Shown: piece by piece, positions 1 through 9,866 of the stretch | How positions within the stretch are numbered: the stretch's first letter is position 1 | Layout: each line of letters starts with the position of its first letter | Source of the DNA: Candidatus Binatia bacterium | GTDB taxonomy: Bacteria; Desulfobacterota; Binatia; HRBIN30 | Reading direction: 5' to 3' | Assembly: GCA_026004215.1 (NCBI GenBank) | Contig: BPIR01000001.1 | Location: 832,566-896,565, forward strand | Length of the DNA: 64,000 nt | Notes under the pieces: generated by a model | Database searches by the model: none | What the model was told of the DNA's origin: nothing | What the model saw: only the letters and a program-made list of their open reading frames with translations | Translations under genes and position numbers: made by a program

Positions 1-1465
1 CCTTGCCCCCCAGGGTACTGCGCGGCATGGTTGCAGGGAGGCGGTCGTAGCCCAGGAGTCGAGCGACCTCTTCGACAACGTCAATTTCCCGCTCCACATC
101 CTGCCGATAACTCGGGGGCGTCACCGTCACGGTTCCGCGGGGCGCAGGCGACGTGTCGAATCCCAAGGACCGCAATGCGCCCACCATCTCCTGGCGACCC
201 ACGGAAACCCCGAGCAGCTCTTCGACTTTGGCCAGCCGCACCGCCAGCGGCGCGGGCACATGAGGGCGCGGGTATTCGTCCACCCTCCCGGAGCTGGCGC
301 GGGCGCCGCACAGTTCCCCCAACAACGCGCCTGCCCGATCGGCAGCGACCGAAACCCCTTCGATGTCCACGCCGCGCTCGAAGCGGTACGAGGCTTCGGT
401 TTTCAAACCCAGCCTCTTTGCTGTGCGCCGCACCGTGCGCGGCGAAAACCAGGCGCTTTCCAGCAACACCCGCCGGGTTGCCTCACTGACCTCGGTATTC
501 GCCCCTCCGATAATTCCGGCCAGAGCAACCGGTTTCTCTCCGCTCGTGATCAAAAGATCCCCGGGTTCCACGACACGGGTTTCGCCATCTAAGGTGACGA
601 ATTCCTCGCGCTGCGATGCGTGCCGCACGGTGATTTCGCGCGCCGGGAGGCGATCGTAGTCGAAGGCATGCAGTGGTTGTCCTCGCTCCCACATCACATA
701 GTTGGTCACATCCACGATGTTGTTCACCGGCCGAAGCCCCACCGCCTTGAGGCGGTACTGCATCCACAAGGGCGAAGCGCCTACATGCACGTCGGTAAAC
801 ACCCGCGCCACGTAGCGGTGGCAGGCCGCATCCGGAGCGATGTTCACACGAACAAACTCTGCAGTGGGCCCGAGTCGCTCCGCCACTCGGATCCTGGGCC
901 GACGCAGCCGCTGCCCGGTTAACGCGGCCACTTCCCGGGCAATGCCCAAGATGCTCAAACAATCGCCCCGGTTGGGCGTGACGGCCACCTCCAGAATTGT
1001 GTCCTTCAGGCCCAAAGCCACGGATATGGGGGTGCCGGTCGATACCTCGACGGGAAGCCAAAACGGCTCGTTGCTGTTCGACCCTAAACGGAGATCCGCT
1101 TCGGTACAAATCCTTGCTTCCGAGCGCCGGCCGCTGACCTCCACCAGTCGCACCTCGTCTCCGCTCGGCAACTTGGCGCCGAGGAGAGCCACCGCCACGC
1201 GTTGTCCGGCGCGGACCGGGAATGGCGTGATCACCGCAACGGGAGGGAGGTCGCCACCTGCCAGCACCTCACAGGCCACGAAGCCCGGCGTATCCGGGAG
1301 GTGGGTCACCGAAACCACCTCCCCGGCAACGACATGCTCCAATCCCTGTCCGAACACTTCGATACTTTCGACTTCGAGTCCCGCTTGCGTCAGCCGCTCG
1401 GCTACCGCTTCCACGGGCTCGCTCACCTCGACAAACTCTTGCAACCAGTTCCAGCTCACCCGCAT
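1..1465 (-). CDS. pheT: Phenylalanine--tRNA ligase beta subunit (N-terminal ~488 aa, runs off window start)
   Basis: Reverse-strand translation from CAT at 1463-1465 gives MRVSWNWLQEFVEVSEPVEAVAERLTQAG..., the canonical PheT N-terminus. It is in frame through to position 1 (spot-checked ~700: DVTNYVMWERGQPLHAFDYDRLPAREITV). It is absent from the ORF track, presumably because it has no stop inside the window. Confidence 0.85.
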   Translation of the reverse strand, partial: MRVSWNWLQEFVEVSEPVEAVAERLTQAGLEVESIEVFGQGLEHVVAGEVVSVTHLPDTPGFVACEVLAGGDLPPVAVITPFPVRAGQRVAVALLGAKLPSGDEVRLVEVSGRRSEARICTEADLRLGSNSNEPFWLPVEVSTGTPISVALGLKDTILEVAVTPNRGDCLSILGIAREVAALTGQRLRRPRIRVAERLGPTAEFVRVNIAPDAACHRYVARVFTDVHVGASPLWMQYRLKAVGLRPVNNIVDVTNYVMWERGQPLHAFDYDRLPAREITVRHASQREEFVTLDGETRVVEPGDLLITSGEKPVALAGIIGGANTEVSEATRRVLLESAWFSPRTVRRTAKRLGLKTEASYRFERGVDIEGVSVAADRAGALLGELCGARASSGRVDEYPRPHVPAPLAVRLAKVEELLGVSVGRQEMVGALRSLGFDTSPAPRGTVTVTPPSYRQDVEREIDVVEEVARLLGYDRLPATMPRSTLGGK

Positions 1466-1476
1466 GTCCGGTTGCC

Positions 1477-2571
1477 TCAAACGAACTGCCGGAGGAAACG
1501 GACGTCGTTGGTCGTAAATGTGCGGATGTCCGGAATCTCGTATTTGAGCATGGCAACGCGCTCCACACCCAAACCGAAGGCAAATCCGGATACCTTTTCC
1601 GGGTCGTATCCCACGTGAGCGAACACATTAGGGTCGATCAGACCTGCACCGAGGATTTCTAGCCAGCCACTGCCTTTGCAGACTCGGCAACTGCGATCTC
1701 TTCCGCCGCACATGACACACGCAATATCCACTTCCGCGCTAGGTTCCGTAAACGGAAAGAAGCTGGCCCGGAAACGCAAGCGGGTTTCCGGACCAAACAA
1801 CTCGCGCATGGCGTAAGTCAGCACGCCCTTGAGATCAGCCATCGACACGCGTTCGTCCACCAGGAAACCCTCGATCTGATGGAACATCGGGGAGTGTGTC
1901 AGGTCATCGTCGTGCCGATACGTGGCGCCGGGCACCACGACGCGCAGCGGCGGTTGCCTACTTTCCATCACCCGGATCTGCACGGGCGAGGTGTGAGTTC
2001 TCAGCAGGTAGTCCTCGTCCACGAAAAAGGTATCTTGCATATCGCGCGCTGGGTGATCCGGTGGAAAGTTCAGTGCGGTGAAATTGTGATAATCGTCCTC
2101 GATGTCCGGGCCGGTGGCGACCTCGAACCCGAGCGCCACGAAAATATCAACAATCTCTTCGATCGTTTGCGTGATCGGGTGCAAGGCCCCCAAAACACGC
2201 CGCCGCCCTGGAACGGTGACGTCGACCCGCTCTCGCGCCAGTCTCTCTTCTTCTTCCTCCGATTGCAGCCGCGTCAATTGCGCGCCGATCTCCGCCTCCA
2301 GAGCATCCTTGATCGCATTGAGCCGCGCTCCGACTCGCGGCCGGTCCTCGGGGGGCACGTCCCGCAAGGAGCGGACGAGCTGCGTCAACTCGCCGTTGCG
2401 GCCTAAGTAACGCACTCGCAACTGCTCGACCTCGGAGCTCGAGCGCGCCTGCCGCAGCGCGGCCAAAGCCTCTTGATATAAGCTCTCTAGACGCTCCATC
2501 ATCACGGGGCACACCCCGCCGTAGCGCAACCCCAGCGGACGGCCGTGTGGGACTATCGTCCCAAACGGCAA
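1477..2571 (-). CDS. pheS: Phenylalanine--tRNA ligase alpha subunit
   Basis: 364-aa ORF with class II aaRS motifs (FPFTEPSAEVD, GLGVERVAMLKY), lying directly upstream of pheT. Confidence 0.95.
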   Translation of the reverse strand: MPFGTIVPHGRPLGLRYGGVCPVMMERLESLYQEALAALRQARSSSEVEQLRVRYLGRNGELTQLVRSLRDVPPEDRPRVGARLNAIKDALEAEIGAQLTRLQSEEEEERLARERVDVTVPGRRRVLGALHPITQTIEEIVDIFVALGFEVATGPDIEDDYHNFTALNFPPDHPARDMQDTFFVDEDYLLRTHTSPVQIRVMESRQPPLRVVVPGATYRHDDDLTHSPMFHQIEGFLVDERVSMADLKGVLTYAMRELFGPETRLRFRASFFPFTEPSAEVDIACVMCGGRDRSCRVCKGSGWLEILGAGLIDPNVFAHVGYDPEKVSGFAFGLGVERVAMLKYEIPDIRTFTTNDVRFLRQFV

Positions 2572-2596
2572 ACGCTTCAGACTCCTGCCCTATATC

Positions 2597-2959
2597 TCAC
2601 GCTGCCGCAAGAGCACTCTTCGCCAGGGAAGCAAAATGACCGAAAGCTTGTGGGTCCGTCACCGCGATGTCCGCCAGTACCTTGCGGTCCACTTGCACGC
2701 CACTCTTGCCTAGGCCGTGGACGAACTGGCTGTAGTTTAACCCGTGCAAGCGGGCGGCCGCGTTGATTCGAGCGATCCAAAGGCTGCGGAATTCGCGCTT
2801 GCGTACCTTGCGGTCCCGATACGCGTAACAGAGCCCCCTTTCCACCGTTTCTCGAGCTTGCCGATACTGCCGGCGACGGCCCCCAACGTAGCCCTTAGCC
2901 AGCTTCATGATTTTCTTGCGGCGGCGCCGAGCCTTAAAACCTCGCTTTGCTCGCGGCAT
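2597..2959 (-). CDS. rplT: 50S ribosomal protein L20
   Basis: 120 aa, [24 protein letters not shown]..., typical L20. Confidence 0.95.
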   Translation of the reverse strand: MPRAKRGFKARRRRKKIMKLAKGYVGGRRRQYRQARETVERGLCYAYRDRKVRKREFRSLWIARINAAARLHGLNYSQFVHGLGKSGVQVDRKVLADIAVTDPQAFGHFASLAKSALAAA

Positions 2960-3025
2960 GATCCTTCTCCTTTGACAAGGTGCGGCTTGCTAACACCGTG
3001 GTCGGGTACACACAAGGGCGCGGTC

Positions 3026-3223
3026 TCAGCACCCGTAAGGCAATAAACGGCGGATCGCTTTCGCGTTCGAGGAGTCCACCAGGGTTGCCTGCCGCAAATT
3101 GCGCTTTCGCTTGGGGCTTTTGCTCGACAAGATGTGCCGATGGTATGCCTTGCGGCGCTTGATCTTGCCTTTGGCTGTTACTTTGAATCTTTTGGCTGCG
3201 CCTCGGTTGGTTTTCAACTTCAT
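3026..3223 (-). CDS. rpmI: 50S ribosomal protein L35
   Basis: 65 aa, [30 protein letters not shown], typical L35. Confidence 0.95.
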   Translation of the reverse strand: MKLKTNRGAAKRFKVTAKGKIKRRKAYHRHILSSKSPKRKRNLRQATLVDSSNAKAIRRLLPYGC

Positions 3224-3251
3224 CGTAGGACCACTCCTTTCTCACGAATGC

Positions 3252-5156
3252 TCACAGCGGCACCGGCGGTTGTGCTTCGCGGCGCAAACGCTCGATAAAT
3301 GTTTCTAGCGGTACCGGCGATTCGTTTCCGCCCGCACGTGTGCGGGGCGCGACGGTGCCCTGTTGCGCTTCTCGGTCACCGACCACCAGCAGGTACGGAA
3401 TCTTCGCCATTTGCCCTTCGCGAATTTTGTAACCGAGTTTTTCGTTTCGGTCGTCTAGCTCCGCGCGCCACCCTTGCGTTCTCAACTGCTCCGTAATCTC
3501 GCGCCCGTAGGCCTCTTGGCGGTCCGTCAACGTCAGCACGCGCACTTGTACCGGAGCCAACCATGCCGGCAAGTTGCCGCCGGTGTGCTCCAGCAGCATC
3601 GCGATGAAACGCTCGATCGAGCCGAGAACAGCTCGGTGCAACATGACCGGCGTTGCCGGAGTGCCTGCAGAGGTCGTGTACTCGAGGCCAAAACGTTCCG
3701 GCATCGCGCAGTCAATCTGAACCGTGGCCAACGTCCACGAACGCTGCAACACATCGTGCACGTCAAAACCAATCTTGGGGCCGTAAAACGCGCCTTCTCC
3801 CGGAAGGGTCACCACCGGGTATCCGGTGCGTTCCGCAACCCGTTGGAGTGCTGCCTCGGCGCGGTCCCATAACTCGGGGTGACCCAAGAATTTTTCCGGT
3901 CGCGTTTGGACACTCACACGCACATCGGCGAACCCGAAAGCCTCGTACACTTCGCGGGTCATGGCCACAAAACGATCGAGCTCCTCGTCCATTTGCTCGG
4001 GCGTGCAAAAGATGTGGGCATCGTCTTGAGCCATGGACCGTACCCGTGTCAGACCAGTGAGCGTGCCGGATGGCTCCAACCGGTGCAAACGACTGAAGTC
4101 TGCGAAGCGCACCGGCAGGTCTCGATACGAGTACTTGCGTGTTGCATAGAGGTAACAGTGCCCGGGACAATTCATGGGCTTGATGCCGTACTCCTCTTCC
4201 TCCACTTTCATGAGAAACATGTCGTCCCGAAACGCGTCGTAGTGGCCGGAGGTTTTCCAAAGTTCGGTTTTAAAGATCAGGGGCGTAATGACCTCTGTGT
4301 AACCGTAGCGGCGGTATAGGGCGCGAATGAATTGCACCAGCAAGTTGTACACTATGGTGCCTTTTGGGTGGAAGAACGGCGACCCGGGCGAAATCGGGTG
4401 CAAAGAAAATAGGTCGAGCTGCTGGCCCAACCGCCGGTGATCGCGCTGCCGGGCTTCCTCCAGTCGCTGGAGATAAGCCTCCAGGTCCTGCGCCGATGCC
4501 CAGGCGGTGCCGTAAATCCGCTGCAACATTTCGTTGCGCGCATCGCCGCGCCAGTATGCCCCCGCCACACCCGTGAGCTTCACGGCGGGTATGCGACCAG
4601 TGGACGGCACATGCGGTCCGCGGCACAGGTCGGTGAACTCGCCCTGCCTATATACGGACACCACCGGGTCCGGAATGCCTTCAATGATTTCTACCTTGTA
4701 ATGCTCACCCTGGTTGCGAAAAAATTCGATCGCTCGCTCTTTTGGCCATTCTTCCCGCTCGATGGGATAATCGGCGCGAATGATTTCGCGCATCACGGTC
4801 TCGATGCGTTCGAGATCCTGCGGGGTGAAAGGCTCCTGGCGGCTGAAATCATAGTAGAAGCCATTCTCGATCACCGGCCCGATGGTGACTTGAGTTTCCG
4901 GGAATAGCCGCTTGACCGCTTGCGCCATTAAGTGCGCGGAGGAGTGCCGAATCACCTCCAAACCTTCCGGGCTACCTGCAAACACCGGCGCGACATCGCA
5001 GTCGTGCTCTAGGCGCCGACTCAGGTCCACGACCTGCCCGTCGACCCGGGCTGCGACCACATCCGGTCCGAGCAGACCCTTAGCCTCGAGCGCTTCGCGC
5101 GCAGTGATGCCTCTTTCCATCTCCAACGTGGTTCCGTCCGGGAAGCTCACTTTCAT
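3252..5156 (-). CDS. thrS: Threonine--tRNA ligase
   Basis: The track ORF 3252..5318 contains an internal M (MKVSFPDGTTLEME...) at residue 55, matching the TGS-domain start of ThrS. The upstream 54 codons overlap a tRNA gene and look non-coding. A zinc/class II aaRS core is present. Confidence 0.9.
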   Translation of the reverse strand: MKVSFPDGTTLEMERGITAREALEAKGLLGPDVVAARVDGQVVDLSRRLEHDCDVAPVFAGSPEGLEVIRHSSAHLMAQAVKRLFPETQVTIGPVIENGFYYDFSRQEPFTPQDLERIETVMREIIRADYPIEREEWPKERAIEFFRNQGEHYKVEIIEGIPDPVVSVYRQGEFTDLCRGPHVPSTGRIPAVKLTGVAGAYWRGDARNEMLQRIYGTAWASAQDLEAYLQRLEEARQRDHRRLGQQLDLFSLHPISPGSPFFHPKGTIVYNLLVQFIRALYRRYGYTEVITPLIFKTELWKTSGHYDAFRDDMFLMKVEEEEYGIKPMNCPGHCYLYATRKYSYRDLPVRFADFSRLHRLEPSGTLTGLTRVRSMAQDDAHIFCTPEQMDEELDRFVAMTREVYEAFGFADVRVSVQTRPEKFLGHPELWDRAEAALQRVAERTGYPVVTLPGEGAFYGPKIGFDVHDVLQRSWTLATVQIDCAMPERFGLEYTTSAGTPATPVMLHRAVLGSIERFIAMLLEHTGGNLPAWLAPVQVRVLTLTDRQEAYGREITEQLRTQGWRAELDDRNEKLGYKIREGQMAKIPYLLVVGDREAQQGTVAPRTRAGGNESPVPLETFIERLRREAQPPVPL

Positions 5157-5192
5157 GCCGATCCGCGTAATCCGCAAAAAAGACAACAGCAG

Positions 5193-5264
5193 TAGGCACG
5201 GGCGGGATCGAACCGCCGACCTCTTCCGCGTCAAGGAAGCGCTCTCCCACTGAGCTACGTGCCT
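5193..5264 (-). tRNA. tRNA-Val (anticodon GAC)
   Basis: The reverse complement of 5193-5264 reads AGGCACGTAGCTCAGTGGGAGAGCGCTTCCTTGACGCGGAAGAGGTCGGCGGTTCGATCCCGCCCGTGCCTA. It has a 7-bp acceptor stem, a D-arm GCTC/GAGC, an anticodon stem CTTCC/GGAAG with loop TTGACGC (anticodon GAC), a 5-nt variable loop, a T-arm GGCGG-TTCGATC-CCGCC, and discriminator A. CCA is not encoded. Confidence 0.85.
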
Positions 5265-5358
5265 TCGAGCCAATCCGGCTGCGGGCCAGGGCACGCCTCG
5301 AAGTGTCCCAGGCCGCACAATCCGCGGGTGCGACTGCTACCAACCCCCGTGCCGGACG

Positions 5359-6918
5359 TCAAGGAACACTCTCGCAGGCAACCGTAGGATCGCAATCCCG
5401 CTGTGGCTCGATGGTGACACGCCTCCGCCCCCCACGCCGCAACAAGCCAAGCCGCAAGATCTGCTCCTGGGGGACCCACTCCCAGCTCACCAACCCGCGA
5501 GGCATATCCACTTGATACGTGTAGCCGCTCGGGTACACCCGCCGCGGCACGACCAACTCCGTCGGAAACCCAATCTGGGGATTGTCCGAGAACTCCAGAC
5601 TGAACCGCCGGGTCGCGTGGTCAAACTGCCACTGGAGCGGGATGCCCGCCACCCGCTGCGGGTAGGGCTGAACGACAACGTCCAGCAGCGGGCTTTCCGC
5701 TCTCTCCGGACCGTAGATTGGCCCCCAGTTTCCCGGGTCGTACGACCAGTAAAACCAGCCGCTGGCAACGTCGTCGGTAAGCGCGAGTGCCTTGCGCAAG
5801 TAACCGAGCGGATCGCCGTTGGCCGTCCAGGGTAAGCCAAGCTCGCCGACAACGATCGGCACACGCAACTGTTCCAGCTCCCGCCGCCGCTGTTCATACC
5901 AAGCGTCGAGCTCTGGCGTTACGTTCGGATCGAAAAAGCCGTTCAACTCTGGCTGGATCGCGTACTGATGTGGGGCGTAGACCAAGCGGGGCTCACCTGG
6001 ACGCGGGTCGTCCAGCTTTCCCAAAAACGACGGCCCACCGTTGTTGACCGGCAAGGCGAGCGGCTCGTATAAAATCCATTTCTCGCGATCCACCGCTCGA
6101 ATCGCCGAGATCAAGCGCTCGTAGAAACGGCGGAATCGTGTCTGCTCGAACGTCCGAGACCGCTCGGCATCTCCCACCCTAAGGGGACCCCACTGGGCCC
6201 AGGCCGCACTGCCAGCGAACGGCTCGTTCATGAGGTCGTACCCGAGCACGGCCGGGTGGTTCCGGAAGTACTGGGCGACAAACTGCCACATGGCAATGTA
6301 GTGGGCCTGCACGTCCGCGTGCGGACCTGTTTCCTGCCAAAAATTGTCGAAGGCTCGCCGCACGCCAGGCTGCAAATACGTAAGCGCCCACGGATCGATC
6401 AGCCGATGCGGAAGCCCGTCTGTGCGAGCCGCCCAGGGTGGGGCTCCATCGAAGCCGAGCGGGGTACCGTCGCTGGCGTACTTCCCGTAGACATCCTGGT
6501 GCATGTCCAGCACCACCCACAACCCTGCTTCCATGCACCAATCCACACGCTCCCGAACCCGCGCCAGGTATCCCTCGTCGTAGGTTCCCGGGTGAGGTTC
6601 GATCGCGTCCCAAAAAATCAGCAACCGTACGGCGTTGAAGCCCCATTGTTTCAGGCGAACTAGGTCCTCCGCCCGCACCCACGGCATGCGAAATGGGTCA
6701 TCTTTTGCAGAACCGCTCACGTTCATCCCCCGCAACACAAGCGCCCGCCCCTGCGCATCGGTGAGGAACGCCGCATGCCGGCCGCCTTGGGGGATTGCGC
6801 CGAACCCGGTCGGCTCGCCATCGTCGCCACACCCGGTGGCCAGCAACAACACTACCCACAGGAGTCGCAAAGCTGCCCGTAATGCCGCTACGCTTCGTCG
6901 GAGCCGTTCTTTCATCAC
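5359..6918 (-). CDS. Glycoside hydrolase family 5 (cellulase/endoglycoceramidase-like) lipoprotein
   Basis: 519 aa with a signal peptide and lipobox (LLLATGC). GH5 signatures include WGFNAVRL, the NEP catalytic acid, and VGELG. The start overlaps the aroK stop by 4 bp. Confidence 0.8.
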   Translation of the reverse strand: MMKERLRRSVAALRAALRLLWVVLLLATGCGDDGEPTGFGAIPQGGRHAAFLTDAQGRALVLRGMNVSGSAKDDPFRMPWVRAEDLVRLKQWGFNAVRLLIFWDAIEPHPGTYDEGYLARVRERVDWCMEAGLWVVLDMHQDVYGKYASDGTPLGFDGAPPWAARTDGLPHRLIDPWALTYLQPGVRRAFDNFWQETGPHADVQAHYIAMWQFVAQYFRNHPAVLGYDLMNEPFAGSAAWAQWGPLRVGDAERSRTFEQTRFRRFYERLISAIRAVDREKWILYEPLALPVNNGGPSFLGKLDDPRPGEPRLVYAPHQYAIQPELNGFFDPNVTPELDAWYEQRRRELEQLRVPIVVGELGLPWTANGDPLGYLRKALALTDDVASGWFYWSYDPGNWGPIYGPERAESPLLDVVVQPYPQRVAGIPLQWQFDHATRRFSLEFSDNPQIGFPTELVVPRRVYPSGYTYQVDMPRGLVSWEWVPQEQILRLGLLRRGGRRRVTIEPQRDCDPTVACESVP

Positions 6919-7475
6919 CAGCCTCCCGTGACTGGATCCTGCCGAGTCCGAGTCGGTACCGCGGCAAGGACCTCCACCAGTTCCTCGGCGACCTGTGCGG
7001 GATCGCCTGCACGCGCGTCAATGGTGAGATCGGCAAACTTCTCGTAAAGGGGGGCACGCTCGGCCAGTAAGCTGCCCAAGCTCTGGCCCGCAGCCCGAAC
7101 GACCCCTCGGCTCACGAGGTCCAAACCCCTGCGTTCCAAGGCCGGGAAGTCCGCGGACAAGTACACGACCATCCCGAGCTTCCGCAAGTGCTCCATGGCG
7201 CGCACGCTGTACACTACACTGCCCCCGGTAGCCACAACGCACGACTTGGCAGCGACCCCCAAAACCAGTGCTTCTTCCTCTTGGCGAAATCTCTCTGCTC
7301 CAAAACTAGTGAGAAAGTCGCCGAGGGGCTGGCCGACACGCTCGGCCAACAGCACGTCGGTATCCAAGAAAGAGCGCCGCAACTTGTGCGCCAGCAACCG
7401 GCCGACAGCGCTCTTACCCGCTCCCGGCATGCCGATCAAAATGATGTTGCTGCGCAACTGCCCGGCTGAGGCCAT
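6915..7475 (-). CDS. aroK: Shikimate kinase
   Basis: An internal start MASAGQLRSNIILIGMPGAGKS (Walker A) was verified as CAT at 7473-7475. The ORF-track upstream extension is unlikely to be coding. Confidence 0.85.
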   Translation of the reverse strand: MASAGQLRSNIILIGMPGAGKSAVGRLLAHKLRRSFLDTDVLLAERVGQPLGDFLTSFGAERFRQEEEALVLGVAAKSCVVATGGSVVYSVRAMEHLRKLGMVVYLSADFPALERRGLDLVSRGVVRAAGQSLGSLLAERAPLYEKFADLTIDARAGDPAQVAEELVEVLAAVPTRTRQDPVTGGW

Positions 7476-7549
7476 CGTTGGATCTTGCGCCCTCGCGAAG
7501 TGCTGCGGCGATTTGCCAGTCCAGCGTATCGCTGGTACCCTCGGCGACA

Positions 7550-8626
7550 ATGACGCGGTCGCAGCTCTTCGCAGCGTTTTTTTTTAGCGTCTTTCTCTTC
7601 CTCCTTTACCAGCTTTACCGCATGTTCGCGGGCTTTTTGGCACCGCTTGCATGGGCCGCCTTGCTGGCACTGATTTTCCACCCGGTCCAGCGCCGCCTGG
7701 TTCGTTGGTTGCGGGGACGGGATGGTCTTGCCGCTTTTACGCTTACCACGCTGGTCATTGGGGGAGTCATTGTACCTGGGCTCGTTCTGCTCGCGTTGGT
7801 GGCTAACGAGTCGGTGCTGCTCTACCAGCGGATCGCCGCGCTGGTGGCCGAAGGCAAGCTCAGCGAATGGCTCGGGTCTCTGGAAAACTCGCGGCTCGGT
7901 CATGTTTGGCTCCACGTGCAGCCGTTGCTTGCGCGGTGGAACGTGGATTTGGGCAGCATTGGTGTAAAGGTGACCAACGCCATTAGCGGCTTTCTGGTCA
8001 CCCAGGCGACCGCGATTGCCAAAAACGTCGTGGGCTTTCTGGTGGACTTTTTCCTCTGCACCGTGGCGCTGTTTTTTCTTTTGCGGGATGGCGAGCGCAT
8101 GATCCAGGCGGTGCGCGATCTCCTCCCTATGGAGCCACACCATCGCGACCTCGTGCTGGCGCGGTTCGCCGACGCTCTAACCGCGGTCGTGCAAGGCTCG
8201 CTCTTGACCGCGCTGGCCCAGGGTACTCTTGCCGGGATCGGTTACCTGGTTCTTGGCGTTCCCTTCGCCGTGTTCCTCGGTTGTGCGACGGCGCTGATCG
8301 CGCTGGTCCCCATGGGCACTCCGCTCGCCTGGGGTGGAGTGGCGGTGTACCTCGTCGCCACGGGGCACCCCATCAAAGCCGTGATCCAGGTGCTGTGGGG
8401 AATTCTCGTCGTGAGCACGATCGACAATGTCATTCGCCCGTGGGTGATCGGCGGCAGAACGAGGATTCCAACCATTCTCCTTTTTTTCGGGATTCTCGGC
8501 GGGCTACAGGCGTACGGCTTTTTGGGGGTGTTTCTTGCTCCTGCGGTGATCGCACTCCTGGTTGCTTTCGTGCGCATCTACCGGGAGGAATACAACATTG
8601 CCCGCCAAGTCGCCGCCGTGGATTAG
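7550..8626 (+). CDS. AI-2E family transporter (PerM/UPF0118)
   Basis: Multi-TM protein with the typical AI-2E architecture. The start was chosen at MTRSQLF (ATG 7550). The track start at 7478 is a TTG. Confidence 0.75.
   Translation: MTRSQLFAAFFFSVFLFLLYQLYRMFAGFLAPLAWAALLALIFHPVQRRLVRWLRGRDGLAAFTLTTLVIGGVIVPGLVLLALVANESVLLYQRIAALVAEGKLSEWLGSLENSRLGHVWLHVQPLLARWNVDLGSIGVKVTNAISGFLVTQATAIAKNVVGFLVDFFLCTVALFFLLRDGERMIQAVRDLLPMEPHHRDLVLARFADALTAVVQGSLLTALAQGTLAGIGYLVLGVPFAVFLGCATALIALVPMGTPLAWGGVAVYLVATGHPIKAVIQVLWGILVVSTIDNVIRPWVIGGRTRIPTILLFFGILGGLQAYGFLGVFLAPAVIALLVAFVRIYREEYNIARQVAAVD
7577..7585. repeat. T9 homopolymer in codons 10-12 (FFF) of the AI-2E transporter gene
   Basis: gcagcgTTTTTTTTTagcg. 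This is unusual in a ~67% GC coding region. Confidence 0.6.
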
Positions 8627-9618
8627 GCGGCACTGTCCGCCCGGGCTGCTCGGGGCACCCGGGCGGCCAAACGGGTTAGGACGTCCTCCGCTTCGCGCAC
8701 GACGTCCCGCACCACTTCCGCCGCGGGTTTGATTTCCCGAATCAGCCCGAGGCCTTGCCCCGCAGGCATGAACGTGCGCTCCGGGTCCGCCCCGCGGCCA
8801 ACGCCCATGTAATCCATCACTCCCTCCTGAACGGACCGCGCCACCTGCGCAGGGAAAGGCAAAATCTCATCGCGCCGTCGCTCCCAGCTCTCGTTGTACG
8901 GGTTCCGGATCGCGCGGGCGGGCTTGCCGGTATAGCAACGGGTGCGAATGGTGTCCGACTCGCCGCTCCGCAAGATCGCTTCCCGATACTCGGGGGCCGC
9001 CTGCGCTTCCGGCGTCGCGATGAACCGGGTACCCATGATGACCCCCTGGGCTCCCAGCGCCAGCGCGGCCACCAGGCCCCTTCCGTCGGCAATACCTCCG
9101 GCTGCAATCACGGGAATGCGAACGGCATCCACGGTTTGCGGCACCAACGCCAAGGTACCCACCTCGCCGGTGTGGCCGCCGGCCTCGGTCCCCTGCGCTG
9201 CCACCATGTCGGCTCCCGCTCGCTCTGCCTTGATTGCATGCTCGACCTTACCGGTCATGACGATGACGATCATCCCGCGATCGTGCATTTCGGCAATGAA
9301 GTCGCGAGGGACGGCCAGCCCCGCAACAAAAATCTTCACCCCCTCTTCAAAGACGACTTTCATCTGGGGCCGAATCATATCGGGGATCGGTGCCAGCAAA
9401 TCGACGGCGAAGGGCTTATCTGTGAGCTCCCGCACCTTGCGGATTTCCTGCCGCAAGCCCTCGGCATCGAGGGTCGCCGCGCCCAAAACGCCCAGCCCGC
9501 CGGCGTTAGAGACTGCCGCCACCAGGCGATGCATCGAAACGCCGCCCATACCCGCCAAGATAATGGGGTAGTCGATGCCCAAACGATCACATAGCTCGGT
9601 CCGGAGTATTGTACTCAT
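8623..9618 (-). CDS. Nitronate monooxygenase / 2-nitropropane dioxygenase family (FMN-dependent, FabK-like)
   Basis: MSTILRTELCDRLGIDYPIILAGMGGVS... matches the NMO TIM-barrel family. The start was verified as CAT at 9616-9618. Confidence 0.8.
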   Translation of the reverse strand: MSTILRTELCDRLGIDYPIILAGMGGVSMHRLVAAVSNAGGLGVLGAATLDAEGLRQEIRKVRELTDKPFAVDLLAPIPDMIRPQMKVVFEEGVKIFVAGLAVPRDFIAEMHDRGMIVIVMTGKVEHAIKAERAGADMVAAQGTEAGGHTGEVGTLALVPQTVDAVRIPVIAAGGIADGRGLVAALALGAQGVIMGTRFIATPEAQAAPEYREAILRSGESDTIRTRCYTGKPARAIRNPYNESWERRRDEILPFPAQVARSVQEGVMDYMGVGRGADPERTFMPAGQGLGLIREIKPAAEVVRDVVREAEDVLTRLAARVPRAARADSAA

Positions 9619-9866
9619 GGTAACTAGCAGTACCGAAAGGCACCTTGTAAAAGAAGCACCCCCCTGGCTCCCGTCTTCACCGAGGCACAGGCACGCGACG
9701 CAACGTGGCCGCTCTCCACGGACTTTGCTGAAGGCCGACGATGGGAGACGCGCTGCGCCGCGTGCAGGAACGACCGTCCGACAACCGTAAAAGCACACGG
9801 GGCAAGCACCGTGCGAACGATGCTTGCCCCGTTCTCGACACCATTGGACGGGAACCGATCGCTCCC

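Noticed and set aside
1-1520. Multiple short + strand ORFs (31..489, 840..1517 etc.) at the window start
   Set aside because: The minus strand here encodes an uninterrupted, recognisable PheT N-terminal half. The + strand ORFs are antisense noise.
8755-9594. 279-aa + strand ORF inside the nitronate monooxygenase gene (and similar large antisense ORFs inside nuoL/M/N, the PBP, the mutase)
   Set aside because: All are His/Arg/Gly-rich reverse-frame translations of strongly supported genes.
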